Below are positions 53,938 to 63,385 of a DNA stretch of 64,000 nt, one piece after another. Both the position numbers and the translations under genes were made by a program. This DNA is from a virus, in the IMG/VR virus record IMGVR_UViG_3300012347_000452, positions 32,001 through 96,000 of that record. One strand, 5' to 3'. The stretch's first letter is position 1, and each line of letters opens with the position of its first letter. The notes under the pieces were generated by a model. It was not told the origin of the DNA. It saw only the letters and a list, made by a program, of their open reading frames with translations, and did no database searches.

Positions 53938-55120
53938 GCGCATCGAGGTAGTCGGCCCAGGCCTGCATCATCTCCACCCGGACATCCCAGTATTCGGCGC
54001 GGTTGTAGGCCCGCTCGGTCTTGTCGTCGATGTCGTGGGCGAGTTGTTTGGAGGTGTATTTGCTATCAAAGCCACCCTCCTCGAGCAAGGTCTTGGCGGT
54101 TGCCCTGAACCCGTGCGTGGTCTGTTGACCTTTGAAACCCAGGCGTTCCAGATTCTTGTTCAGAGTGTTCTCGGAGAGCATCTGTCCCCGTTTGTGACCG
54201 GGGAAGATCAGCGCCTCGTGACCTGTAACACTTTTCCAATTGCACAACAGCTCCACCGCCTGTCTGGACAAAGGCACTAAATACTCCCTGCCTTTCTTCA
54301 TCAGATGGTGCGGAACCTCCCATACGGCCTCATCCGTTCGGATGTGTTCCCATTGAGAGGAACGTAGGTTCTGCGGCCGTACCCACACCAGGCAGGCGAA
54401 CCGAAGCGCCATGATCGAGACGCTCCCCGGTTCCCGATCCATCCTCAGCAGCAGGGCGCGAAGGTCTTTGGGGTTGGTGAGCGCGGCGTGATGGCGCTCG
54501 ATATGGGCCTTGTACTCGCGCCGCTTGACCAGTGCCGCAGGGTTGCTCTTGATGTATCCCTTGTCATCAGCGAACTGGCACGAGCGCACGAGGATGTCGC
54601 GCACTCGGGTGAGCATGTAGTGGGCTCCCCGGTCCTCGACCTTCTGAAGGATCGACCGGACCTCCTCGGTGGAGAGCTCCGTGATGCGCTTGGCCCCGTG
54701 CGTGGCCAGGATGTTGGCCTTGGCGGCGGTGTTGTAGTCGTCGTAGTGCCGCGAACTCCACTCATGCCGGTTGTGTTCGAGCCATTCGGTGATGACCTCG
54801 CCCACCGACTTCGCGTCCCGGTTGGCGTCCCGAGCCTTGCGCCGTAACTCCACCGGGTCCGTACCAAGCTGCACGGCTTCCCTAGCTTGTTCAGCCAGGG
54901 TGCGTGCCGTACTCAACTTGACCTGTGGGTAAGTGCCCATCGAGAAGGTCTTCCGTACCCCGAGCAGGACGTAGTCGAGCTGCCAGGACATGCCGCCGGT
55001 GCGCCGCACGACGAGGTAGAGCCCCGAGCCGTCGCTGATCTTGGTCACGGAGTTCTCGGACTCGCGCGCCTGCTTGATGCGCTTCTCCAGCTCCTTCTGC
55101 GACAGCTCATGCAGTGCCAC
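53831..55120 (-). CDS. P4-type tyrosine integrase
   Basis: DG.GLYL arm-binding domain, VRP, MKK, HGFR, LAH, AYNR. Confidence 0.93.
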   Translation of the reverse strand: MALHELSQKELEKRIKQARESENSVTKISDGSGLYLVVRRTGGMSWQLDYVLLGVRKTFSMGTYPQVKLSTARTLAEQAREAVQLGTDPVELRRKARDANRDAKSVGEVITEWLEHNRHEWSSRHYDDYNTAAKANILATHGAKRITELSTEEVRSILQKVEDRGAHYMLTRVRDILVRSCQFADDKGYIKSNPAALVKRREYKAHIERHHAALTNPKDLRALLLRMDREPGSVSIMALRFACLVWVRPQNLRSSQWEHIRTDEAVWEVPHHLMKKGREYLVPLSRQAVELLCNWKSVTGHEALIFPGHKRGQMLSENTLNKNLERLGFKGQQTTHGFRATAKTLLEEGGFDSKYTSKQLAHDIDDKTERAYNRAEYWDVRVEMMQAWADYLDALRQEVHQPWTWFADWRARRSSPEPRSQATTTTAQP

Positions 55121-55285
55121 GGCCGATCTCCGAGGTCGTTGTGGTAACGGCGGTGGGTGCGTTTGCGCCTCAGTGGTAACGAATCGCCGCCCGGTGCCCG
55201 TTTTGGGACGTTACCACAGGCCCTACTGGCGGAATTCGTGGACGCAGGCGGTCGTCGGTGGACGACGCTGGAATGAAAAAAGCCC

Positions 55286-55298
55286 CAAGTGGTTGATT
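55286..55298 (-). promoter_or_regulatory. IHF site within attP
   Basis: AATCAACCACTTG on minus strand, within the AAAGCCCCA/TGGGGCTTT hairpin. Confidence 0.6.
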
Positions 55299-55353
55299 TC
55301 TTGGGGCTTTCTGGTTGACCGTGGAGGTCAGCGGACTGTTGTGGAAGTGCAAC

Positions 55354-55374
55354 TGGCGGAGAGGGTGGGATTCG
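55354..55374 (-). other. attP core resembling a tRNA-Ser 3' end
   Basis: CGAATCCCACCCTCTCCGCCA on minus strand; no rest of tRNA upstream; next to integrase; GTGGTAACG arm-like repeats at 55141, 55173 and inverted at 55209. Confidence 0.75.
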
Positions 55375-55437
55375 TACTCCTAGTATCCATGCGGGTCTTC
55401 AGGCACGTTTTCGTTCTCTACCACTTTGGTTGCCACG

Positions 55438-56082
55438 TCAGTTTGTCGCTAGGCATTCGTCCGCCAAACGGACGATCCGCTCGACGATGCCGTCGATGTT
55501 GCCCTCGTGGAACTCATGCAGCCAGAGGTCGCAGATCGGCCCGACATCCTCGCCCCACCAGCACTCGTCCTTGATCATGACGCCCAGGCGATTGGCGTAG
55601 GTGGTCTCGACCTTCTGGACGGCCTCCTCAGTGACGCCGTTCTGGACCACCTTCTTCAGGTCATCCATGAATCGGGTGATGAAGCGTTCGCCGATCACCT
55701 TGCCAGGATTGTCGATGAAGACCGTGAAGTAGTTCCAGACTCGGGTGTTGCAGAAAGTCTTGATCTGCTTCAGGCCTTCGGGCTCGACGATCACGACGAT
55801 GGGCTTGTTCATCGCGGCGACCCGCTCGACCTCGGTGATGGACACGCCGTAGAGCTGGCCATTGAACTCGACCGCCTCGACAAAGCGACGTTCGGCGGCC
55901 TGGCGCTGGAACTCCGCCTTGCTGACGAAGTAGTAGCTCTTGCCGTCCACTTCCCCGGCGCGTGGCGCGCGGGTGGTGGTGGAGATGACGTTCTCGAAGC
56001 CTGCCTTCTTGAGAGCAGCCTCGAGTGTGGATTTGCCGGCGCAGGTTGGGCCGGTCAGCGTGACGATGAAGGGCGGGTTCAT
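55438..56082 (-). CDS. Guanylate kinase-like protein
   Basis: GPTCAGKST, STTTRAPRAGEVDG..YYF, NG.LYG. Confidence 0.88.
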   Translation of the reverse strand: MNPPFIVTLTGPTCAGKSTLEAALKKAGFENVISTTTRAPRAGEVDGKSYYFVSKAEFQRQAAERRFVEAVEFNGQLYGVSITEVERVAAMNKPIVVIVEPEGLKQIKTFCNTRVWNYFTVFIDNPGKVIGERFITRFMDDLKKVVQNGVTEEAVQKVETTYANRLGVMIKDECWWGEDVGPICDLWLHEFHEGNIDGIVERIVRLADECLATN

Positions 56083-56531
56083 GGTGTTGTCCTTTCTACA
56101 TAGCGGACTCGGGAGGTGTTGACCCGAATGCCGTCGGGGCTGTTCGGGGTGATGGAGTGGTGTGTGCCGAGGTAGGTCGAAAGCTCCCAACCCTCCTCGT
56201 GAAAGCGCCCTTCCGGGTCGTGTTCGAGGTGGGCTCTGATGCCCGCCTTGTCGTGGCTTTGGAGGCCGTACTTGGTCATGTACTCGTCCGTCAGCACGAA
56301 CGTGATGGCTTGGCTGTCGCGCACCTTGCCGACGTTGCTCAGACCCCGAACGGTGAGCATCGCTTCGACCTCCGAGAGGCCCGTCAGCGCTTCTGCGAAC
56401 GAGGCAAGAGGCACCTCGACGGTCAAGAAGTCGATGCGGCTGGTGGCGTCGCGAATCTTGATGCTGATGCAGGCGCCGTTATCGTGACGCCCGCCATTCG
56501 GCCGACTGATGGTCAGGTTGCCCTTAAGCAC
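56079..56531 (-). CDS. Hypothetical protein
   Basis: GGAGG RBS; coupled. Confidence 0.65.
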   Translation of the reverse strand: MLKGNLTISRPNGGRHDNGACISIKIRDATSRIDFLTVEVPLASFAEALTGLSEVEAMLTVRGLSNVGKVRDSQAITFVLTDEYMTKYGLQSHDKAGIRAHLEHDPEGRFHEEGWELSTYLGTHHSITPNSPDGIRVNTSRVRYVERTTP

Positions 56532-56712
56532 TGGGGGCCTCCTTCGCTTCGAGCTTGCGGGTGATCATCTCCAGGAAGGCGATCATGTCGAACATGGGCA
56601 CCTCCTGGCCGAATCTGTTGAGCACCTGCACATGGCCACCCAGGCCCGATGGACGAATGGTGTGCGTCCAGGGAAAGGTGGCTTGCAGGAGCTTGAACTG
56701 TTCTTCAGTCAT
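56524..56712 (-). CDS. Small hypothetical protein
   Basis: ATGA-coupled to ligase. Confidence 0.6.
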   Translation of the reverse strand: MTEEQFKLLQATFPWTHTIRPSGLGGHVQVLNRFGQEVPMFDMIAFLEMITRKLEAKEAPSA

Positions 56713-58103
56713 GACTTATCGTCCCGGAACCGTTTGAATCGGGGATGGCGCAGCGAGCCATCGGGGGTGATTTCGTGGAACTCGACTTCGATGATGCGCT
56801 TGAGGAACTGGTACTCCGGGGCGCTGCCTTCGCAATCGACCAAGTACGCCTCCCACATGTCGCGGCGCTGGTCGTCGCTCAGGCCACTGCCCACGTTCAC
56901 GCGCACAGCGCCAGAGTGATCGTGGTTGGCCCCGTGAGCGTCGTTCTCGTAGCAAATCTTGTCGAACGCCACGATGATCGCGCCCAACATGCCCTGGTAC
57001 TTGCCGGTGCCCTCCTCTGCGCCCACGATCGGCACATCGGTCGATTCTTCGGCCTTGATCTTCATCCAGGCGTGGTTGCGGCGGCGGTAGTACGGGGAGT
57101 TCGTCTTGATGATGAGCCCTTCGAGACCTCGCGCCCGCACCGACTCGTAGAGGGCGTGAATCTCGGCTTCGGAGCTGGCCAGGTAGCGCGGCAGAAGATG
57201 AATCGGACCCGACTTGCCGGTGGGCAGGAGCTCGGTGAGCACTTGGCGGCGCTGGGTGTAGTCGTGCTTGCTCGGCACCTTGTCGTCCTCGCTGAAGAGC
57301 GACATGGGCAGGATGTCGAACACGTTGAAGATCGCGTCCGTCGCCTGGGCGTCCTTCTTGCGAACTTCCGACACGGTCTTGTTGAAGCTGCCAGAGACGA
57401 TTTCCCCATCGAACACCACGGCGAAGTCTTGGCAGTCCAGGTGCTCGGCGAAGTATTCGGTGTCGGCTTCTTGGTAGTCGGCCTCGTTGCACAGTTGGAT
57501 GCGGAAGTTGTCGATCAGCCTCAGCAGCGGCGCTTTCAGATGGTCGAAGGTGGTGAACTCCTTGCCCGAGCGGGAGAAGAAGTGAACCGATGGCTTCATC
57601 ACGTCCACGAATGCCAGCACCCGCACGCCGTCCAGCTTGGGTTCAGCGACCACTGGCCAGGATTTGACCCGGTGTGCCTCGAACTTGTGAGCCAACATGC
57701 AGTCGAAGGTGGGCACTGTGCCTGGAATGGCCTTGTTGACGGTTGACTCCGAGAAGCCCGCCCGCAGGTCTTTGCTGACAATGCGCCAGAGCAGTTCGGC
57801 CGAGTTGGCGTTCAGACGCATCAGCTCCGACACCAGCGCCTCGCGAGCCGCGTTGCCTGTCAGGGTGCGAGTCTCCAAGTCAGCCAGCAGGTTCCAGGTC
57901 TGTGGGTCGAAGACGCCCTCCAGGTGGTGATTTACCGGGGGACGCTTGGCAATACCGTAGGTCTTGAAGGGGTTGAGCGCCGCCTCCAGCACTGCAACAA
58001 AGGTGCCGTTAGCGCCGTATTTGGCGACAAGGGCTTCCTTGCCGGTCTTGCTGGAGGTGTTCGCGATCTCCTCGATCGCGTCGAAGATTGCATCCGAGTT
58101 CAC
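56709..58103 (-). CDS. ATP-dependent DNA ligase
   Basis: EPKLDGVR, FDGE, EGLIIK, WMKIK, VGSG, LRHPRF. Confidence 0.93.
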   Translation of the reverse strand: MNSDAIFDAIEEIANTSSKTGKEALVAKYGANGTFVAVLEAALNPFKTYGIAKRPPVNHHLEGVFDPQTWNLLADLETRTLTGNAAREALVSELMRLNANSAELLWRIVSKDLRAGFSESTVNKAIPGTVPTFDCMLAHKFEAHRVKSWPVVAEPKLDGVRVLAFVDVMKPSVHFFSRSGKEFTTFDHLKAPLLRLIDNFRIQLCNEADYQEADTEYFAEHLDCQDFAVVFDGEIVSGSFNKTVSEVRKKDAQATDAIFNVFDILPMSLFSEDDKVPSKHDYTQRRQVLTELLPTGKSGPIHLLPRYLASSEAEIHALYESVRARGLEGLIIKTNSPYYRRRNHAWMKIKAEESTDVPIVGAEEGTGKYQGMLGAIIVAFDKICYENDAHGANHDHSGAVRVNVGSGLSDDQRRDMWEAYLVDCEGSAPEYQFLKRIIEVEFHEITPDGSLRHPRFKRFRDDKS

Positions 58104-58411
58104 TTGGAAGCCTCTTCGATCTCCTTGACCATGCGGTCATAGGACACGGCGACGAAGTTGCCCATCGTGTCGATCGCCTCCTTGCAGGTGATGGTGACTT
58201 GCTCTTTGGGCAAGCCGGACGCGGCGCACAGGGCTGCCACGAAAGTGACGTAGGAGGCGCACAGAGCGCTTGCCAGAGGTGCGGCTTCCACGCCCGAAAT
58301 GTTCACGGTGCGCTGGGCCTCCAGCAGAATCCGCATGGCGTTGTCGAACTGGTTGTTCAGACTGGCCTCTTCGACCTGCTCGGGGGTGGGGGTGGTGGTT
58401 TGTTCGTTCAT
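58100..58411 (-). CDS. Hypothetical protein
   Basis: AAGGAG RBS. Confidence 0.65.
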   Translation of the reverse strand: MNEQTTTPTPEQVEEASLNNQFDNAMRILLEAQRTVNISGVEAAPLASALCASYVTFVAALCAASGLPKEQVTITCKEAIDTMGNFVAVSYDRMVKEIEEASK

Positions 58412-58414
58412 GAG

Positions 58415-59026
58415 TTACTCCTTGTTCAAGCCCATCTGAAGACGTGCCTTCTCGATCATCGAGAGGCCCTGGTTGACTGGCGAAGGCGATGGGCTGACAA
58501 CCTTCGGTTCTGGTTTCGGGGCAGGTGCTGGGGCTGGGGCCGCAGATGCTTCTTTGATCGCGGCGTTGATCGCGGCCGCATAGCCGTCGATCTCGGGCGT
58601 GGGCATCGTCGTCAGACCTTGCTCGACCCGCTTTGCGACAGCAGCCTTGATCGGTTCTGGTTTGGCGACAGGTGTCGTCTTGGTCGGGGCGAACCGAGCG
58701 TTCGAGGAAGCGAACGCCTTGTCCATCTCCTCGCGCAGCAGTGCCCGGTCGATGAAGTACAGCGCCTTGCCGGCGGCTTGTTCTTCAGCCCGCATGGTGA
58801 GCGCGGGGCAGACTCGGGTTGCGATGGCCCGATCGCATTCGGGATAGCTTGCAAGCGCCTTGTCGCGCTCGAATGCCTTGATCTTGTTCAGGCACACGCA
58901 GTAGCCAGGGGTGTGCCCCACCACCTTGCAGTTCTTGACGGTGAAGGTGTTGATGCCGCCTGCCGAGTGCTCGGGCGGGTAGGTGGGTTGGCGGTCGCGA
59001 ACCGCAGCTTCGATAGTGTCGAACAT
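58415..59026 (-). CDS. Hypothetical protein
   Basis: AGGAG RBS; Cys-containing N-domain, Pro/Ala tail. Confidence 0.7.
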   Translation of the reverse strand: MFDTIEAAVRDRQPTYPPEHSAGGINTFTVKNCKVVGHTPGYCVCLNKIKAFERDKALASYPECDRAIATRVCPALTMRAEEQAAGKALYFIDRALLREEMDKAFASSNARFAPTKTTPVAKPEPIKAAVAKRVEQGLTTMPTPEIDGYAAAINAAIKEASAAPAPAPAPKPEPKVVSPSPSPVNQGLSMIEKARLQMGLNKE

Positions 59027-59137
59027 GGAAAACTCCTGTGATGACCCAGAACGGGTGTTGTACTCAGCGCTGACTTATAGTTTAGTGCGATTTCTTCGGG
59101 GTGTGCGGTGCGATGTTCGATTGCCGGTCAACGGTCC

Positions 59138-59641
59138 TCACCAGCTTCCCCAGGAGTCGCCGCGTTCGGGTTCGGGTGCCGGTGCCTCACTCACGATGTC
59201 ATTGAACTCGTCGAAGACCATGAAGTCGGCCTTCCTGCCGGTGATCTTGGTAGCGCCCGATGCGCTCAATGCGCCCTTGAACTCACTGAAGATGCGTGCC
59301 GCGTTCGCCGTGCCGTAGTGCGACTCAAGAAGCTCCTCCGCGTTGTCGCTGTCCATGCTCCCGCCGTACCCATGCAGCCCGATCGCGACGCTCCGCTTGG
59401 CATAGCCCCGGCCCTCTTTCTGATTGATGATCGTGCTGGCGGCCGCCTGGGCTTTGCGTGCGTTGGTGAAGGAGTTGAGTTGGATTTCACCACCACCCGA
59501 TACGGCCGACCCGGTCTTGCCCCAGCGCTTGATCACAAGGTGTATGCCTATGTCCGGGGCGTGGAGCAAGACCACCTCATAGAACTTGGTGCCGCTTTCG
59601 TGCTTGAGGAAGATGGTTTCGTGAGCGATGGAGATTGTCAT
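59138..59641 (-). CDS. WGR-domain protein
   Basis: KFYEV, RWGK.G, K..RGY; ends WGSW. Confidence 0.75.
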   Translation of the reverse strand: MTISIAHETIFLKHESGTKFYEVVLLHAPDIGIHLVIKRWGKTGSAVSGGGEIQLNSFTNARKAQAAASTIINQKEGRGYAKRSVAIGLHGYGGSMDSDNAEELLESHYGTANAARIFSEFKGALSASGATKITGRKADFMVFDEFNDIVSEAPAPEPERGDSWGSW

Positions 59642-59714
59642 GGTGTTCCTTGACGAAAAGTCGTCTGAATTGAATTGTAGAAAGTGATGCGCGGGTCATA
59701 AGCGACCCTACGCA

Positions 59715-60806
59715 TTAGCCCATGAGGCACTTGAGCTTGATCTTGGCGGCGGTTGCGGGGTTCAGCGTCTCCGCTTTCCAGAACGCCTGGCGCACCACGT
59801 CCGGGGCGACCTCGTTGGGGTCTTTGTCTTTCGGCAGGAAGGCGATCCGAGCGATAAGACCCAGCCCGCGAACGACGAGGGCGGCCTTCACCGCGTCCTG
59901 AGTCGCCCGCTTCTCGCCGTCCCACATGAAGGTGACTTCGCGCAGTCCCTTGTCCTTGAGCGCGATCAGCTTGCCGATCTGGCTCGCCTCCGTACCCTCC
60001 GAGAGGTGCTTGCCGAAGGTGCCCACCGGGACCACATCCCGAAGTGCGGGGTCGCCGTCCAGGGCGATCTTGGTGGCCATCACATCGAACGCCCCTTCAG
60101 CCAGCACGATGCGCTTGGCACCCACCGCGTTCTGGCCGTTGTAGAGGTAGGCGCCGGTCGAGGCAAAGCCAGGCGGAAAGAGGTATTTCTGCTCGGCGTC
60201 CCCGGTGATGTCCCGACCCTGGAAGCTCACCAGCTCGCCATCCAGCCCGTAGATCGGAATCAGGATTCGGCCGGCGTAGCTCTGGCGACGCGCCTTGCCG
60301 CTGTCGTCGGTGTAGGCGAAGTAGCCATTGGCGCAGTAGCTCAGGTGGAAGTACTGGGCGACCTCGGCGTTGATGCCTCGGTTGTCCAGGTACTTGAGGT
60401 TGCGCCCTCTATGCGGCATCGCGATGGATTCGGGCAGGTGGAGCTCACCCGTATCCCGAACCGCCGCCGTAGTCCGCACTTTCGGCATCCAGCCCTGCTC
60501 TGCCGCCACCGTCTTGATGTGCTCGATCAGATCGCGGGTGCTGATGGAGGTGCCCAGGCTTGCCTGGATGAACTTCCACTTGTTGAACTTGGTCTCGCAG
60601 TCGCCCGAGAAGCAGTTGCCCAAACCGTTCTCGGCGTTCAGATACACCTTCCAGTTCGAGCCGCCGCAGCACGGGCACTCCTTGATGTTGAGCTGGGTGC
60701 CCCTGGAGCCGCGCGTGACCTTGTAGGTGACGCCCTCGCGGTCGAGCCACGACTCCATGTCGATCGTCTCCAGGGCTTCCTGGAGGTCTTCGTTGCGGCC
60801 CATCAC
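59715..60806 (-). CDS. DNA primase (Zn finger + TOPRIM)
   Basis: CPCC..., YL..RGI, FQGR, EGAFD, WDGE, KDPNE. Confidence 0.88.
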   Translation of the reverse strand: MMGRNEDLQEALETIDMESWLDREGVTYKVTRGSRGTQLNIKECPCCGGSNWKVYLNAENGLGNCFSGDCETKFNKWKFIQASLGTSISTRDLIEHIKTVAAEQGWMPKVRTTAAVRDTGELHLPESIAMPHRGRNLKYLDNRGINAEVAQYFHLSYCANGYFAYTDDSGKARRQSYAGRILIPIYGLDGELVSFQGRDITGDAEQKYLFPPGFASTGAYLYNGQNAVGAKRIVLAEGAFDVMATKIALDGDPALRDVVPVGTFGKHLSEGTEASQIGKLIALKDKGLREVTFMWDGEKRATQDAVKAALVVRGLGLIARIAFLPKDKDPNEVAPDVVRQAFWKAETLNPATAAKIKLKCLMG

Positions 60807-62221
60807 TCTCTCCGCAGGATCGACTCGATGAACTTCATCTTGGCGATGTCTTGCTTGATGAAGAGGGTGAACCCAGACTCCTGGTTTCGACTGGCGGCGA
60901 AGTACAGTCGGGCTTCGCCCTTGCTGCGCTCCTCGTCGGTGATGTTGATGGAGATCATCAGATCGACCGTTCGCACCTTGTTGAAGTCTTCGGCGACGTG
61001 CTCGGCTTTGGCCACGGTCGCTTTGAACCCTTCCCGGTTGGTCTGGGTGGCCGTGAGCATCGCAACGTCTTTCTCTTGGGCGATGGCCCGCAGGTCCACG
61101 TACACCGACTTGGAGTTCTCGATCACATCGTTGAAGCGGAAGTTCGGGGCCATGATGTCGGCGTAGTCCACGACGACCAGATCGAACTTCTTGCCCTTCG
61201 ACTCGTAGCGATCCAGCAGCGCCCGCAGTTGCTTGGGGCTGAAGGTGCCGGATGGGTACTCGTGGATGATCAGATCACCCGAGAGGCCCTGCATCGCGCT
61301 CACCTTGGCCTCGACATCCTTGATGTGCTTGGAGAGCTCCTTCATCATCGTGTCGGAGATCGCGGCGTCGAGTCGTTCGCTGATGATCTTGGCCGACACT
61401 TCAAGCGTCACGTAGAGCACGTTGAACTTGGCCTGGGACGCAGCCTTTGCGAACCCGATCAGAGCGGTGGTCTTGCCCGCTTTGGCACCGCCCATGATGG
61501 TGGCCAGCTCTTTGCGACCCCATCCCCGGTGGTACAGAATCTCATCCAGCTTCAAGTGCCCTGTCGTGATGCCGCGTGGTGGGCGGGTGCCCGCTGCGTC
61601 ATCGAGCCGTTCGCTGGTTCGGATGCTGATGTTGGAGTAGTAGTCGTAGGCGCCGCCGTCCTCGTTGATGCCGATTTCGACCGCCTCCTTGATGTACTGC
61701 TCGACCTTCTCGAACTCGCCGCGCTGGACCAGTTCGACGGACTTGAGGATGGCCGCGCTCGTGGCCTGGTGACGCACGAATTCGACGATGCGCTCCTCGA
61801 TGTATTCCCGACCCGAGAGGTCTTCAGTGCCGTAGAGTCGCTTGTAGGCGGCAACGGCCAGGGGCACGACATCCTTCTTGACGATCTTCGCGTTGACCGC
61901 CCGCTTCAGGATGTCGGCCATGACGGTCTTGTCGGGCAAGGCCCGTGAACGCTCGAAGTACTTGAGCGCCAGGTTGACCATCGTCGCCTCGCCCACGTCC
62001 TCGAAGTACTCGGGCTTGACGAGGTGGCCAACGCGGTTGATGAAGTCGATGCTTCGGCACGACAGGGTCGCGACCTTCGCCTGGAAATCGGCGTCGAAGT
62101 CGAACTTGTCCGTGCTGTCATCCAAAACGGTGGCAGCCGGCGGTGTGGTGCGCTCGCCCTCAAAAGACGAGCCGATCATGTCAGCGGTAGATTGCTCCGC
62201 GATAGAGTTGGCTTGCGTCAT
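60803..62221 (-). CDS. DnaB/gp41-like replicative helicase
   Basis: GGAKAGKT, YVTLE, VVDYAD, TATQTNR. Confidence 0.92.
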   Translation of the reverse strand: MTQANSIAEQSTADMIGSSFEGERTTPPAATVLDDSTDKFDFDADFQAKVATLSCRSIDFINRVGHLVKPEYFEDVGEATMVNLALKYFERSRALPDKTVMADILKRAVNAKIVKKDVVPLAVAAYKRLYGTEDLSGREYIEERIVEFVRHQATSAAILKSVELVQRGEFEKVEQYIKEAVEIGINEDGGAYDYYSNISIRTSERLDDAAGTRPPRGITTGHLKLDEILYHRGWGRKELATIMGGAKAGKTTALIGFAKAASQAKFNVLYVTLEVSAKIISERLDAAISDTMMKELSKHIKDVEAKVSAMQGLSGDLIIHEYPSGTFSPKQLRALLDRYESKGKKFDLVVVDYADIMAPNFRFNDVIENSKSVYVDLRAIAQEKDVAMLTATQTNREGFKATVAKAEHVAEDFNKVRTVDLMISINITDEERSKGEARLYFAASRNQESGFTLFIKQDIAKMKFIESILRRE

Positions 62222-62226
62222 ACATT

Positions 62227-62517
62227 TCAAGCCGCTTTGGTCTGGTCGATGGGGTTGGTCCAGAAGCTCTCGATGGCGTGCTTGAAGATCACGAAGACCT
62301 GATAGGTGCCGTCCTTGTGATCGACCTTCAGGCTGATGGTGTACTTGTCGAAGTGCTTGATCGTGCCCTTCATCGGGGGCGCACCGGGGTCGGTCATGAG
62401 GGCCACATTGACGACTGCACCGGCAGCTTCAAGTGCTTTCAGAAAGGCCTCGTGACCCTTCAATGCGGGGGTCTTCTTGACGATCGGGGTCTTGGGACGG
62501 GAGAGGGAGTCGGACAT
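62227..62517 (-). CDS. hfq: Hfq-like Sm RNA chaperone
   Basis: FL..L, GTIKHFDKYTI.L (Sm1), IFKHAI (Sm2). Confidence 0.8.
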   Translation of the reverse strand: MSDSLSRPKTPIVKKTPALKGHEAFLKALEAAGAVVNVALMTDPGAPPMKGTIKHFDKYTISLKVDHKDGTYQVFVIFKHAIESFWTNPIDQTKAA

Positions 62518-62577
62518 AAGGTTCTCAGTGATAAAAAGTGATGACCTGCTCAGTATAGCTCAGGGGTGACTTACGCT

Positions 62578-63324
62578 TTACCGACACTCATCGATTGCCG
62601 AGTGGATGACCCGCTCGTCGAAGTCCTGAAGCGCCCGCTCGATGCGCAGCACCTTCTGGTCGTAGATCGCGCCATGCAGGGCGTAGTGCGGGTGCCGGCG
62701 GTTCTTGATCTGAGCGATCACGAAGGCCTCCCAGTCCAGTTGGTCGATGTGCCCGAAGAAGTTCTCCACCTTGTAGCGGGTGTCCTGTGGGTACTGGATG
62801 CGGGCCGCGCACTCCTCTTCCCAGGCCATCATCACATCGGTGATCATGTCCTCGTTGGTGCTCAGGTGCGAGGGCCGGGGCGGCTGAAGCCAGCCGGCGC
62901 TGACATGCCAGTCCATTGCTTTCCTGAGAAAGAATTCGTACCGAATGCCCAACGAGTCGATTCGCTGCCGTAGGCGCCAGAACGAGAGCTTCTCGCGGGA
63001 CTCCATGAAGTCCATGCCCTTGAAGCCACGCATGAACTTCCCGCTGCGGTCCCGCATGACGACCATGCAGTCCTGATAGGCGCGGTTGTAGCAGTGGGCC
63101 AGCAGGTAGGTCGCCTTGGTGGGGTGCATCCGACGATAGTCGAACCACTTGGTGCGGTAGAGGGCCGCCTCCTCTTTCAGGAGCTTGGGCGTGATGTGCT
63201 GGATGGCCAGGAGCTCCGCATGGAGAAGCCCCAGGTCATGCCCGAAGAAATACCCGAACCACTCGGTCGGTTTCGGGGAATCGGGGAAAGTTGGAGCCGG
63301 CATAGAAGGTAAGAGTAAATTCAC
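62578..63324 (-). CDS. Conserved hypothetical phage protein
   Basis: TKWFDYR.MHP..AT; long ORF in replication module. Confidence 0.7.
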   Translation of the reverse strand: MNLLLPSMPAPTFPDSPKPTEWFGYFFGHDLGLLHAELLAIQHITPKLLKEEAALYRTKWFDYRRMHPTKATYLLAHCYNRAYQDCMVVMRDRSGKFMRGFKGMDFMESREKLSFWRLRQRIDSLGIRYEFFLRKAMDWHVSAGWLQPPRPSHLSTNEDMITDVMMAWEEECAARIQYPQDTRYKVENFFGHIDQLDWEAFVIAQIKNRRHPHYALHGAIYDQKVLRIERALQDFDERVIHSAIDECR

Positions 63325-63385
63325 TCATGAAGTATATTAACTATACGCGGGGCGAATTTTCCCCGCGTCGTTTCCCCGTGACCGC

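Noticed and set aside
55354-55400. Possible tRNA-Ser gene
   Set aside because: Only the 3' 21 nt match; no D or anticodon arm, so annotated as att core.
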